Source: Klebsiella phage vB_KpnM_KB57
Sequence record: NC_028659.1
Direction: 5' to 3' (one strand)
Length of the DNA stretch: 64,000 bases
Position 1 is the stretch's first letter; each line of letters begins with the position of its first letter. The notes beneath the pieces were generated by a model, which was given only the letters and a program-made list of their open reading frames with translations, did no database searches and was not told where the DNA came from. A program made the position numbers and the translations under genes. This document shows positions 54,738-63,362 of the stretch, in pieces.

Positions 54738-55205
54738 TCATGCCAGGCCGGATCTCTTCGCCTTTGCAATGTCGGAATATAATTTTCTAAAGTATGCCGG
54801 GCCTCGCTCGTTTACTCTTACATATTCATCACGCGCCGCCACCTGGAGATCGTCGGGTAATAATCCATGATAACCACTGTTAACAATAGCGATCCGTTTT
54901 TTGTTGCAATCATAGTAGACATATGATCCATCGGCTAGATAAATTGTGCAATTCTGCCGGATGTAGGGGATCAAATAAGCCTCGCCCTGGTGCCGGATTT
55001 TGTAAAGCGCCATTTGTCCATTGTAGATCCGGCGGACGTGATAGGGGTCATTAATTGCCCGGTGAATGTTTTCCTTCCAGGCGTTGCGAGCGTTGCCAAC
55101 ATTACGGATCAGCGCTTCCACCTCGGGGATCACCACGTTAGCGCGGGCGGCGGCTTTTGCCTGGTCTGATAATTCATCGTAATAAAACATTCGTACACTA
55201 ATCAT
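54738..55205 (-). CDS. Hypothetical protein (155 aa)
   Basis: ORF. A 31-nt repeated element lies in its upstream region. Confidence 0.5.
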   Translation of the reverse strand: MISVRMFYYDELSDQAKAAARANVVIPEVEALIRNVGNARNAWKENIHRAINDPYHVRRIYNGQMALYKIRHQGEAYLIPYIRQNCTIYLADGSYVYYDCNKKRIAIVNSGYHGLLPDDLQVAARDEYVRVNERGPAYFRKLYSDIAKAKRSGLA

Positions 55206-55346
55206 TTTTGATTCCTATAAACGGAAAATGTGGGAGGTCGGCGGGGCGAAGGTGCTGACTTCGAACCCACTCGCCAGACATGAGGACCAGGACACGGGAA
55301 CCCCGCCAGCGGTATCGATTCCCGTTTAAAACGTTGACGTAAATGA

Positions 55347-55574
55347 TCATGCGCCGTAAAGGCCATCACCATCAAAATCATCCTGAAAAAATGACAGATA
55401 TTCGAAAAACTCGAATTCCATCGCTACCGTATGTTTTACCAGATCGGTGTTTGCATATTCAGCGGGTGATAACCGGATCGGCGCGTCACTATATAGGTCA
55501 GTAAGTTCGATGTATTCACCGACTTTTTGAGCGGTCACCGTGTTTTTCTTGTTGTTAAAAATTACTGTTTTCAT
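55347..55574 (-). CDS. Hypothetical protein (75 aa)
   Basis: Preceded by the conserved hairpin + AAGGTAAACC. Confidence 0.5.
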   Translation of the reverse strand: MKTVIFNNKKNTVTAQKVGEYIELTDLYSDAPIRLSPAEYANTDLVKHTVAMEFEFFEYLSFFQDDFDGDGLYGA

Positions 55575-55627
55575 GGTTTACCTTCCAGGTTATGCCGGGG
55601 ACGTTCCCCGGCTTGTCGGCGAGTGTA

Positions 55628-55888
55628 TTAGAGCGCTTTTTCGATATCACTTAAAATCTTTTTGGCCAGGTCATAGCCTACATTCAGATCCCGCGTGATA
55701 TCCTCGGCTAACAGTTTACGGCCTACGTTGCCGAAACTTAGCATTCTTTTAACTTCCGGTAAACACTTACCCCAATAATTATAACAGGAGTTACCGATAT
55801 ATTTTGAATAAAACGCGTTATCGTTGCGAACTCCACCCAAAACAGCGACATTAACAGAGATAACGTGTTTAAAATTGTGCTTTTCCAT
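55628..55888 (-). CDS. Hypothetical protein (86 aa)
   Basis: Preceded by GGCCGGGGAATACCTCCCCGGC hairpin + AAAAGGTAAACC. Confidence 0.5.
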   Translation of the reverse strand: MEKHNFKHVISVNVAVLGGVRNDNAFYSKYIGNSCYNYWGKCLPEVKRMLSFGNVGRKLLAEDITRDLNVGYDLAKKILSDIEKAL

Positions 55889-55985
55889 TTTGGTTTACCT
55901 TTTCGGCTTGCCGGGGAGGTATTCCCCGGCCTCAAAAAGATATTAACCGATCCGCGACTGGCTTGCAAGCGTTTTTATTTAATAA

Positions 55986-56218
55986 TTACGCCCACGTTTT
56001 AGCATAAGAAAACAGGTCAGAGACATAGCCGCGATAGCCGCCGGGGCGTTTTGCCTTTGCGTTGCGATACCATGCGACAATTACAGATCCGCCGCTTGTC
56101 ACGCCACCAAAAAACCTTTCATCTCCGCTTCGCCAGCTTCCACCCATTGCCCACGCTGTAAAGTTTTAGGATCTACGTTGTCGGCCAAAATGTTAACAGT
56201 TTTTTGATATTTAGCCAT
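55986..56218 (-). pseudogene. Possible frameshifted small gene. A 39-aa ORF (MAKYQKTVNILADNVDPKTLQRGQWVEAGEAEMKGFLVA) continues in another frame after a T6/A6 run.
   Basis: Two consecutive protein-like frames joined at GAAAGGTTTTTTGGTGG. Neither is in the supplied >=60-aa track. Confidence 0.3.
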
Positions 56219-56234
56219 CTTTTATTTACCCCAA

Positions 56235-56558
56235 TTAGTTAGCACGGAAAACATCGTTAACAATAGCCGTTGTAAACATCCAGACTAGATCCGGGGTAGT
56301 TATAGGCAGGCTGTCAGCCTGTTTTATTGTTACTCCGCTTCTTTCAAGCGTGTAGGCGATAAAATGACGGTTTTCAAGTTTCCCGCTATGGGATTGAATG
56401 GATTTTTCAGTGCGGATCAGGACAGTTAAACGGTCAGTTTGTTCGCTGTCATTCTCATGACAAAATACTAACATGGTTTTTTCACCCTGGCGATTAAAGT
56501 CGCAATTAACATTATCGTTAACATTTTCCAGAAAGAAAAATTTGTTTGCCTTTTCCAT
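56235..56558 (-). CDS. Hypothetical protein (107 aa)
   Basis: RBS AAAAAGGTAAAATAG before the ATG. Confidence 0.5.
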   Translation of the reverse strand: MEKANKFFFLENVNDNVNCDFNRQGEKTMLVFCHENDSEQTDRLTVLIRTEKSIQSHSGKLENRHFIAYTLERSGVTIKQADSLPITTPDLVWMFTTAIVNDVFRAN

Positions 56559-56629
56559 ACTATTTTACCTTTTTGTTAGTGGGCCAATCTTGCCCGGTCC
56601 AAGTAATATAACCTAACCGGGCCGGGGGA

Positions 56630-56833
56630 TCAATGATTATTTTCGCTTTCCGGCATCGGTTCGACTTCCGGCGATGGTATGCAGGCCGGATTAATCCAGC
56701 GCCCCTGGCGCTGATAGTCGACGGCGACGATCTCGCAAGTCAATTGATCATCATAGCTTTCTACTACATAATCATCACACTGTTTTAAAGCCAGCGCACC
56801 ATAAAAGCACATACCCGCGAATACTTCAAACAT
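56630..56833 (-). CDS. Hypothetical protein (67 aa)
   Basis: ORF. Confidence 0.45.
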   Translation of the reverse strand: MFEVFAGMCFYGALALKQCDDYVVESYDDQLTCEIVAVDYQRQGRWINPACIPSPEVEPMPESENNH

Positions 56834-56843
56834 GATCGTTACC

Positions 56844-57086
56844 TTACTTTTTGAGGGTGAGAATAGGGCGCTTATCGCCTTCTTTAACGCCGGGGTCTAA
56901 CTCATCGCAGATCCCGATCTGCTCGCCTTTGCCTAACGTGTATTCGTTTTCGTACACGTTGCAAGCCTGTTCCGTGGGGAATGTTTTTTTAACATTCCAA
57001 TCACATTGTAATGCCATCGAACTAACAGAAATATGACAAGCCAATATAATAAATCCAAACATGGTAGCCGCCTTAATGGGGCGCAA
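56844..57086 (-). CDS. Small secreted Cys-containing protein (80 aa) with signal peptide
   Basis: MRPIKAATMFGFIILACHISVSSMA signal-like N-terminus. Preceded by hairpin GGGGCCTTGCGCCCC. Confidence 0.5.
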   Translation of the reverse strand: MRPIKAATMFGFIILACHISVSSMALQCDWNVKKTFPTEQACNVYENEYTLGKGEQIGICDELDPGVKEGDKRPILTLKK

Positions 57087-57100
57087 GGCCCCGCTATTGA

Positions 57101-57460
57101 TTATTTGTTGATCTGGTTTGTCTGATTATAGATCCCATATTGAACACGGGACACGGTAACAGATTGAGGGAGTAAGCAACGAACACGATCCGCGCGGTTG
57201 TCATATTTTTTGATATGCGCCGGAGTATTGTTGCGGGTAAACTTCACGCGTAAACGTAATTTATTGGGATCGCGATCATCGATTCCGGTTACCACGCCAA
57301 AAGCGATTTGACCATAGTTATGATACACCATTTTACCCAGGAATTTTGATTCAAGATCGGCGATGTTAGATTTTACGTTTTGCATGTTATTTACCTTTTG
57401 GTTATTTGTTTCACTTGTCAATGTCTGGGAATTGTAAGCCCAGACATTAACCAGTGTCAA
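57101..57460 (-). CDS. Hypothetical protein (119 aa)
   Basis: Preceded by a 10-bp perfect hairpin AATGTCTGGG/CCCAGACATT and AAAAGGTAAATAAC. Confidence 0.5.
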   Translation of the reverse strand: MTLVNVWAYNSQTLTSETNNQKVNNMQNVKSNIADLESKFLGKMVYHNYGQIAFGVVTGIDDRDPNKLRLRVKFTRNNTPAHIKKYDNRADRVRCLLPQSVTVSRVQYGIYNQTNQINK

Positions 57461-57463
57461 CTG

Positions 57464-57715
57464 TTATTTTACGCGTTTAACCAATTCCCAGACACTGGCC
57501 GCCTCTTTACTGTTAAAGTATTGATCCCACCAAGAAAAATCATTAACAGCAAGAGCATATTTTTCGGCGCTTTCTGCCGTGTTAAAAACTTCGGGTGAGT
57601 ACCTGCAATTACCTTTTTCATCCGTGATCAACACGTCATAAGTTCCGTCCCCAAAATCCGAGGAGATATCACGAATAACGATACCAGGTTTTTTGATTTC
57701 ATTTACAATTGTCAT
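57464..57715 (-). CDS. Hypothetical protein (83 aa)
   Basis: Preceded by GGCGGGAATAGGTCCCGCC hairpin and GGAAGGTAAAG. Confidence 0.5.
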   Translation of the reverse strand: MTIVNEIKKPGIVIRDISSDFGDGTYDVLITDEKGNCRYSPEVFNTAESAEKYALAVNDFSWWDQYFNSKEAASVWELVKRVK

Positions 57716-57803
57716 ATCTTTACCTTCCAGCTAGTGGCGGGACCTATTCCCGCCTTATTGAGAATAATAGGCCTTTTTGTCAACAATTAAAGACAAAATT
57801 TTT

Positions 57804-57962
57804 CTAGTTCTGACTCACGAAAAAGGAAATTATCCAGCCCTTTGCCACATTTGAGCACTCAAAAATCCATTTACCATTTGAATCTTTCCAAGCGCGATTA
57901 ATCCCAACATAACAACAAAATTCAGAACTATAGGCCGTTTTATACATGTTTTGCTTTTCCAT
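57804..57962 (-). CDS. Hypothetical protein (~52 aa from the internal Met; 65 aa if from 58001)
   Basis: Hairpin GTGGCGGAATTCACCGCCAC + AAAAAGGTAAAC precedes the internal ATG. Confidence 0.4.
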   Translation of the reverse strand: MEKQNMYKTAYSSEFCCYVGINRAWKDSNGKWIFECSNVAKGWIISFFVSQN

Positions 57963-58264
57963 AGTGTTTACCTTTTTCAGTGTGGCGGTGAATTCCGCCA
58001 CTGATTAAAGGATAGCATAACGCCGCCAGGATGCAACAAATATTTTTAAGAATTGTTGAGAACTGTTCTCATATGCAGTGATGTGCATAGAAAATCGCTG
58101 TTATGCAATTAGTTTCAACCGGTAACTAAATTTGTGGCGTTTTTAGCGGGGCGCGGTTATCGGATACCATCTAAAACGCCCTCAAATCGATTCTAAGCGC
58201 TTCAATGTGTAACCCTGGTAAGTGCATTGCTGCGCTGAGATCTCGCCATATTCACTATTTTGCA

Positions 58265-58294
58265 TAAAAAAGCCGGGGAATTATCCCCGGCCTG
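58265..58294 (-). terminator. Rho-independent terminator GCCGGGGATAATTCCCCGGC + TTTTTT (minus sense)
   Basis: Perfect stem and T6 immediately after the stop of the 58296-58511 gene. Confidence 0.65.
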
Positions 58295-58295
58295 G

Positions 58296-58511
58296 TTATT
58301 CACCTGCTACGGCGTATCGCTGCAAATTACGTTTACGATCCGCAAGGCGTTTATTCAACTTCGGATCATACTGGTCCGGCGACCATTGAACCGCGATCCG
58401 TTCCGGCTTATGCCGTTTGTTGTTACGCTCGCGCCGTTCATTAGTCTCACCAAAAGCAAGGCGATCGCGCTGGCTTGTCATCTTCTCAAAGTTGCGGCTT
58501 TTTGCTGTCAT
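58296..58511 (-). CDS. Small highly basic protein (71 aa)
   Basis: Arg/Lys-rich (ERRERNNKRHKPER). Confidence 0.45.
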   Translation of the reverse strand: MTAKSRNFEKMTSQRDRLAFGETNERRERNNKRHKPERIAVQWSPDQYDPKLNKRLADRKRNLQRYAVAGE

Positions 58512-58848
58512 ATCTTGATCCCCTGTGGTTGTATGTTTCCGCTCGCCATTCCGCGATCTGTTTTTTGCGATATTCGATCAGCTCTTCGATGTAGTCGAAG
58601 GATCCCTCTTTATGTACCAGGACCACGCCGCCCCGGTGTTTAATCTCACAAATCAGGCCGCTACCCTCCAAATCATTTAACGGCCCGGATCGCCTGGTGT
58701 GGTACTCCTCCCCCTGGAAGCGATATTCTATATAGTGGAACATTGTTTTAACCCTGTACCAGTAGTAAAACCATTTTACAACACGCCAGATCCTGGCGTG
58801 AATTTTTGCATAATAACAAAATATGAGTAGAATCAAAAATTCTTTCAT
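58486..58848 (-). CDS. Hypothetical protein with N-terminal hydrophobic segment (120 aa)
   Basis: ORF. Confidence 0.45.
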   Translation of the reverse strand: MKEFLILLIFCYYAKIHARIWRVVKWFYYWYRVKTMFHYIEYRFQGEEYHTRRSGPLNDLEGSGLICEIKHRGGVVLVHKEGSFDYIEELIEYRKKQIAEWRAETYNHRGSRYDSKKPQL

Positions 58849-58849
58849 A

Positions 58850-59245
58850 TTACGCGGCGCTGTTTTTAAATGGCTTATCCCACGATCCGAACTGTAGATC
58901 GATATAGTGACCTACATTAAAATAGTCTGTCATGATGTCGCTTCTATCATAATTATCAGTGTTTAGCGCGTTGATGATTTTTTCAAGCGTTGCGGTGAAC
59001 TCTTTATCACTCGAATAAGTATGAGCATGATAATGGTTAATATTGATATATGTAAAGCCGTCCGGGTATCCTTCTTTAACTGATTTATGATCCATTTTAG
59101 ACACAAGATCAAACGGCCCGGATCGGATAGTGCAAACAATAGTTGAATAGTGACGGATCGCAAATGTTGCTTTCCAACCTTTTGGCAATACAGCTTTTAC
59201 CGCTTCGACAATTTTCGCTTTCTTCTCTTTATTCATGTAGGCCAT
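58850..59245 (-). CDS. Hypothetical protein (131 aa)
   Basis: Preceded by AAGCCGGGGAATTGTCCCCGGC hairpin + AAAAGGTAAACAAA. Confidence 0.5.
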   Translation of the reverse strand: MAYMNKEKKAKIVEAVKAVLPKGWKATFAIRHYSTIVCTIRSGPFDLVSKMDHKSVKEGYPDGFTYININHYHAHTYSSDKEFTATLEKIINALNTDNYDRSDIMTDYFNVGHYIDLQFGSWDKPFKNSAA

Positions 59246-59304
59246 TTTGTTTACCTTTTAGGTTATGCCGGGGACAATTCCCCGGCTTTAATCAGTATAG
59301 CGGT

Positions 59305-59817
59305 TTAAAGAATCTTTGCAACGTCTTTATAAGACCATGCAAAAAGAGAATTTTGTTTACCTGGTGCAACTTCCGCCAGACGTCCAGCAAATCGGGCGCG
59401 GTTATGCGGGAACTCAAAGACTACCACGCGCCCGGATATCATTTCCACGCGATCACCATTTTTCAGGATCTTGATCCGATCAATCAATGCTTTTTGCTCT
59501 TTTTTGTATTTAGCATGTTGACGGCAAGCGGCGCGCCAATTAACGGAAAATTCATCTTTTTGCATGGATCGCTTAAGGAATTTTTCAGGACAGTTGTAAT
59601 AACACGGGCCGCAAGATTCATCCATGTCTTTATAAAAAACCATACCATCTTTACGGGAAAGAATTGTAACACGAATGTAAAGACTTTCATCTTTCGCCCT
59701 TGCAAGCTGATAAACTTCATTGCCTACAATAGAAGTTTCGATCACGCGGTTATCAGTCAGATAATTTTCAACAAATTTTTTGTTATTAAGATTAGAATAA
59801 ATGCCAGTCCAGCCCAT
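59305..59817 (-). CDS. Hypothetical protein (170 aa) with CGPCYYNC motif
   Basis: ORF. Confidence 0.5.
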   Translation of the reverse strand: MGWTGIYSNLNNKKFVENYLTDNRVIETSIVGNEVYQLARAKDESLYIRVTILSRKDGMVFYKDMDESCGPCYYNCPEKFLKRSMQKDEFSVNWRAACRQHAKYKKEQKALIDRIKILKNGDRVEMISGRVVVFEFPHNRARFAGRLAEVAPGKQNSLFAWSYKDVAKIL

Positions 59818-59886
59818 GATATTTTACCTCGTTTAGTGTTTAGTTTGTTGGTGCCTGGTAATTATAGGCCCTTTCCGGGCCTGGTG

Positions 59887-60672
59887 TCAAATGATACGTT
59901 CGAATTTATCGAATCTTTTTGCGGATCTGCCGTGAACGTCGATCACGACGTTGGCGCGTTTACCATCGCATAAGCCGCAATCTAAGCAGCTAATATTGTG
60001 AGTGGTATTAACGCAAGTGATCTCCCCTTCCAGGCGTCGCATGTTGGGAGTTTTCACGCGAAAAGTTTTATAACCCTTGCGCCATGCTGTGATCGCTTGC
60101 TTTTCCGTATCAGCGGAGATCTGGCAAATGGTAGCGATCCGATGGTCAAAATTTTTATGGTGGATCTGGTGAGTGTACCCCGTGTTACCTTGCGTATGGT
60201 TGATCATGTTTTGCCATACCTCAAAAGGGACCGCCGCCGGATCACCGTAGGAACCTAAACGGATATAACGCCCCGCAAAATGTACCAGATCGCGAGAATC
60301 AAGATCTTTATAGTTGCCTTTTTTGTAAGACTTCCAGACTGACAGTGGGGCCTGGTGTAACGTCACATAACAAGCGCCGTTTAAGCTGGTACGATGGGGA
60401 CACATACCGCAAACGGATGAATCAAGTTTTTTCGCGCTTGCTTCCAGTGGGCTAACATCTTCTCGCATGATCCAGGTTTGAACCATGTCGCCTGTTTTAT
60501 CGTTAGCGGTTGACATTGTAGCAATGACCACGATCGGGGCCTTATCCAGAACTGACGGGCCTTTATATAATACATAACCCTTTTTTGCTGTGGATTTTTT
60601 ACCCGGTACACTATGCACGATCTCGGATTCTGAGTTGACAACCAGACCATTATTAAGTTTAAACGTAGACAT
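59887..60672 (-). CDS. Hypothetical Cys-rich protein (261 aa). CGMCPHR ... CLDCGLCDG motifs.
   Basis: Largest ORF of the block. Two Cys clusters suggest metal binding. Confidence 0.5.
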   Translation of the reverse strand: MSTFKLNNGLVVNSESEIVHSVPGKKSTAKKGYVLYKGPSVLDKAPIVVIATMSTANDKTGDMVQTWIMREDVSPLEASAKKLDSSVCGMCPHRTSLNGACYVTLHQAPLSVWKSYKKGNYKDLDSRDLVHFAGRYIRLGSYGDPAAVPFEVWQNMINHTQGNTGYTHQIHHKNFDHRIATICQISADTEKQAITAWRKGYKTFRVKTPNMRRLEGEITCVNTTHNISCLDCGLCDGKRANVVIDVHGRSAKRFDKFERII

Positions 60673-60765
60673 TGCTTTTTACCTCGATTTATCGCGGCCC
60701 TTGCCGCCTGAGAAAACACTTTATCAAAGGCGCTAACTGAAAGCAAGCGCCCAGGATAAAATATT

Positions 60766-60933
60766 TTATTTAGCCAGGGATAAGGTTTTGCCGTGGTTGA
60801 TCCCAGGGATAACCCATTGCCCGGCGCCATCTTTAACAGGTTGACGTAAACGCGCCGCCGTGGTTACCTTGCTGTTAACATTACGGGCAAAAGCGCGGGC
60901 CTGGTCACGGGTAGTAAAAGAAATGTTTTTCAT
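60766..60933 (-). CDS. Small hypothetical protein (55 aa)
   Basis: RBS GAAGAGG. Not in the supplied track. Replaces the spurious overlapping 60381-60830 ORF. Confidence 0.35.
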   Translation of the reverse strand: MKNISFTTRDQARAFARNVNSKVTTAARLRQPVKDGAGQWVIPGINHGKTLSLAK

Positions 60934-61219
60934 GTTGTAGCCTCTTCAGTAGTGTAATTTTGTTTTGCCCTGGATTTTGGAGATCCTCACCTTTCCGGGC
61001 CAGATTGAATCCTCATCACTTGCGCTTTACTCCACGCCCCACTATTTCAACCGGGGGCCTTGGATTCACCCCGCCCCGGTGAGATGAATATTAAGTGATA
61101 GCGATCCCCGCGTCAATCCCCTGGATGAAAATAAATTAAAAATATTTTGTTCGTGTGGGCTTGCGCCCCGGCCTGGTTAGTATACTATATAAGAACGCCC
61201 ACAAATAAAGGTAAACGAA

Positions 61220-61405
61220 ATGGAAAACGGAAAAGTGATAACGAGTGAAACAATGGTTACCCTTTCCACCTGGGAAACGGAAAGCGCAGCGCCCCAGGTT
61301 AGGATCGTGCCTTTACCCTTCGCGTTGAAAATGTATAATGCAGGATTTACCAGGGGGAGAATTGTTGCGGAAAATGGAGAAGTGATCGCGGACTCCTGGG
61401 AGTAA
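61220..61405 (+). CDS. Hypothetical protein (61 aa), plus strand, with the same AAAGGTAAAC RBS as the minus-strand block
   Basis: ATAAAGGTAAACGAAATGG precedes the start. Upstream TATACTAT -10-like element. Confidence 0.45.
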   Translation: MENGKVITSETMVTLSTWETESAAPQVRIVPLPFALKMYNAGFTRGRIVAENGEVIADSWE

Positions 61406-61802
61406 AAAATATTTTATCGCGGGGCTTGCAAACGGCCCCGGCCTGGATTATATTTATCAGACAGAAGAGGAAACGCCACCCCACGGCGAAAAGGCGGGGC
61501 TAACATACCAGGCGCGGAGACCTGGTTGGAAGGTGGATCGCTGGTAGCTCGCCTTGAATAGTTTTGTAAAGAATTGTAAAGACGCTTGCAACCTGGGGCC
61601 GTGTATCCTATATTATACACATAGCGGGAACATTGAAACCGGAGTACAAAACACCGGGGGTACCTGTCATTCAGCAAATGAGAATGATTATCATTCAAAT
61701 AACTAAATAAGAATGCTTATCATTCAACAAAAAATTTAAATATTGACTTCTGATTTTTCATGTGAGATACTGAACGATACCCATAAAAAATTTTTTCGCG
61801 TA

Positions 61803-62010
61803 AGAAAACAAATACGATCTGGAAATTGAGATCTCGATCGAGAACCGGGCCGAAAAATTTTTCTAGAGAAAAAACAATTACGATCTCGATTTTGAAAAAC
61901 CGATCGAGAACCCGGTTGATATAGAGAAAAATTTTTTGATAGTGAGAGCAAATACGTTTTTGAAAACGAAAAGTCGATCGAGAACCCAGAGTTTTCTACC
62001 TGAAAATTTG
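61803..62010. repeat. Three ~70-bp degenerate tandem repeats (iteron-like), each ending in (C/T)CGATCGAGAACC(C/G)
   Basis: Core motifs TACGATCT-GA..TT and CGATCGAGAACC recur at 61834, 61900 and 61973. AT-rich flanks. Confidence 0.6.
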
Positions 62011-62261
62011 AGATATCTTTTTCGCCTATTTGAGATAAATGTCCAATCTTGATGCCAAGATACCTATAGCAATCATACACTTGTGCATCATTTTTCGACA
62101 TAGCTTCCACAAAGGTTTGAGATAATCTACTCCCAAAACTCTTGATTTAAAATTTGCAGGGAAGATGAAATCCGTTTCAAAAACGATTTTGAAAACCATT
62201 TCGAATTTTAAAATATCTTTGGGATATTAAATATCGTACAAATATCCCACAGTTTTGAATC

Positions 62262-63098
62262 TTATCTTGGATTGAAAATATCCTTCCATTTAATAATATC
62301 ATAGGTTGTGCCTGTAGAAATTTCATACATTTGAACCTCATCTGGAGTCGGATTACAAATGTCAATGAAAAATGTGCTCAATACAGAAATCAGGAACCGT
62401 TCTGTCTTTCCTGGGACTGTGTAAACAATACGCATATCCCCGGGAATAGGAGAAAGGACCAAGGAAGTAGGGCCATTCATAAGTGTAACGGTATTATCAG
62501 AAATCTTGATACGACCATCGACACCATACACCAAATCATGAGCAGAAGAATAATGTGCAAGCACCTCTACTACCGGGTTACCGACAAGGTTCACGAGGTA
62601 ATCAAGATACAGGTCTCGCCATCCTCGATTCTGCATCATGTACCGTATATGGGAGCCTCCATCAAACATCTCACCCAGTTGCTCTGCGATCCAGGCAACA
62701 CCATTTGCAATGTCTTCTCTGTTCCAGGTATTGTCGATATCTAAGATATCCTTGCTGAACTTGTTCATGCGCCGCATGGCATTGAGTACATACTCACCTC
62801 TTTCAACAAAGGCACGTTCAGTGTCCTTGGCATAATCGAGAAGCCCTTCAACCTCTGAACCTGTAGCGTATTGCTTAAGGTCATCAAGCACACTTTCCAC
62901 GCTGGCCTTGGCCTGATTGAAAGTCCTCTCATCAGTCTCGTCAGTAGAGAATTCTACACCACCAAGGGCATATACTGCATCAAGGTAAAGCCTTTCAAGG
63001 TCGCCGCGCACGTTAGGAAAATCATAACTAACCTTGTTATGGGGGATAAGTTCGAGAGTGTTTAAAATAGTAGTCATCGTGTAACGTCCTGTAATCAA
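62262..63098 (-). CDS. Hypothetical protein (278 aa)
   Basis: Long ORF. No recognised motif. Confidence 0.55.
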   Translation of the reverse strand: MITGRYTMTTILNTLELIPHNKVSYDFPNVRGDLERLYLDAVYALGGVEFSTDETDERTFNQAKASVESVLDDLKQYATGSEVEGLLDYAKDTERAFVERGEYVLNAMRRMNKFSKDILDIDNTWNREDIANGVAWIAEQLGEMFDGGSHIRYMMQNRGWRDLYLDYLVNLVGNPVVEVLAHYSSAHDLVYGVDGRIKISDNTVTLMNGPTSLVLSPIPGDMRIVYTVPGKTERFLISVLSTFFIDICNPTPDEVQMYEISTGTTYDIIKWKDIFNPR

Positions 63099-63203
63099 TC
63101 CTGAGGAGTTTTATGAAAAGGCAGTACGTTTGCCTACCTTATGTGCTAAAAACCCCGCCTCAGCGTTTCTACGCATCATACGGGGCATCATAGCATATGT
63201 TTT

Positions 63204-63362
63204 TCAGTCACGTTTCATTTGGTAGCGCATATACGCCATATTCATCTTATGTTTGACATCGTAAGTTACCGGGAGGTTTCCAAACACCAGGTAGCAGACA
63301 TCATACATGATCTCCCAGAACTTAAAAACCAAATATTTAGATCGTTTTTCCAAGCTCATCAT
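63204..63362 (-). CDS. Small hypothetical protein (52 aa)
   Basis: RBS GGAGGTAAG. ATGATGA start/stop overlap with the upstream gene. Confidence 0.35.
   Translation of the reverse strand: MMSLEKRSKYLVFKFWEIMYDVCYLVFGNLPVTYDVKHKMNMAYMRYQMKRD

Noticed and set aside
60381-60830. 149-aa ORF overlapping the 59887-60672 gene in another frame
   Set aside because: Large out-of-frame overlap with a better gene. A compact 55-aa gene with a proper RBS (60766-60933) explains the upstream part.
61803-62010. Possible CRISPR array
   Set aside because: Repeat units are ~70 bp, degenerate, and not separated by unique spacers of uniform length. No cas genes. More consistent with iterons.
61736-62110. 124-aa minus-strand ORF across the iteron repeats
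   Set aside because: Lies entirely over tandem repeats and AT-rich DNA. Repetitive, low-complexity translation with no RBS. Treated as non-coding.
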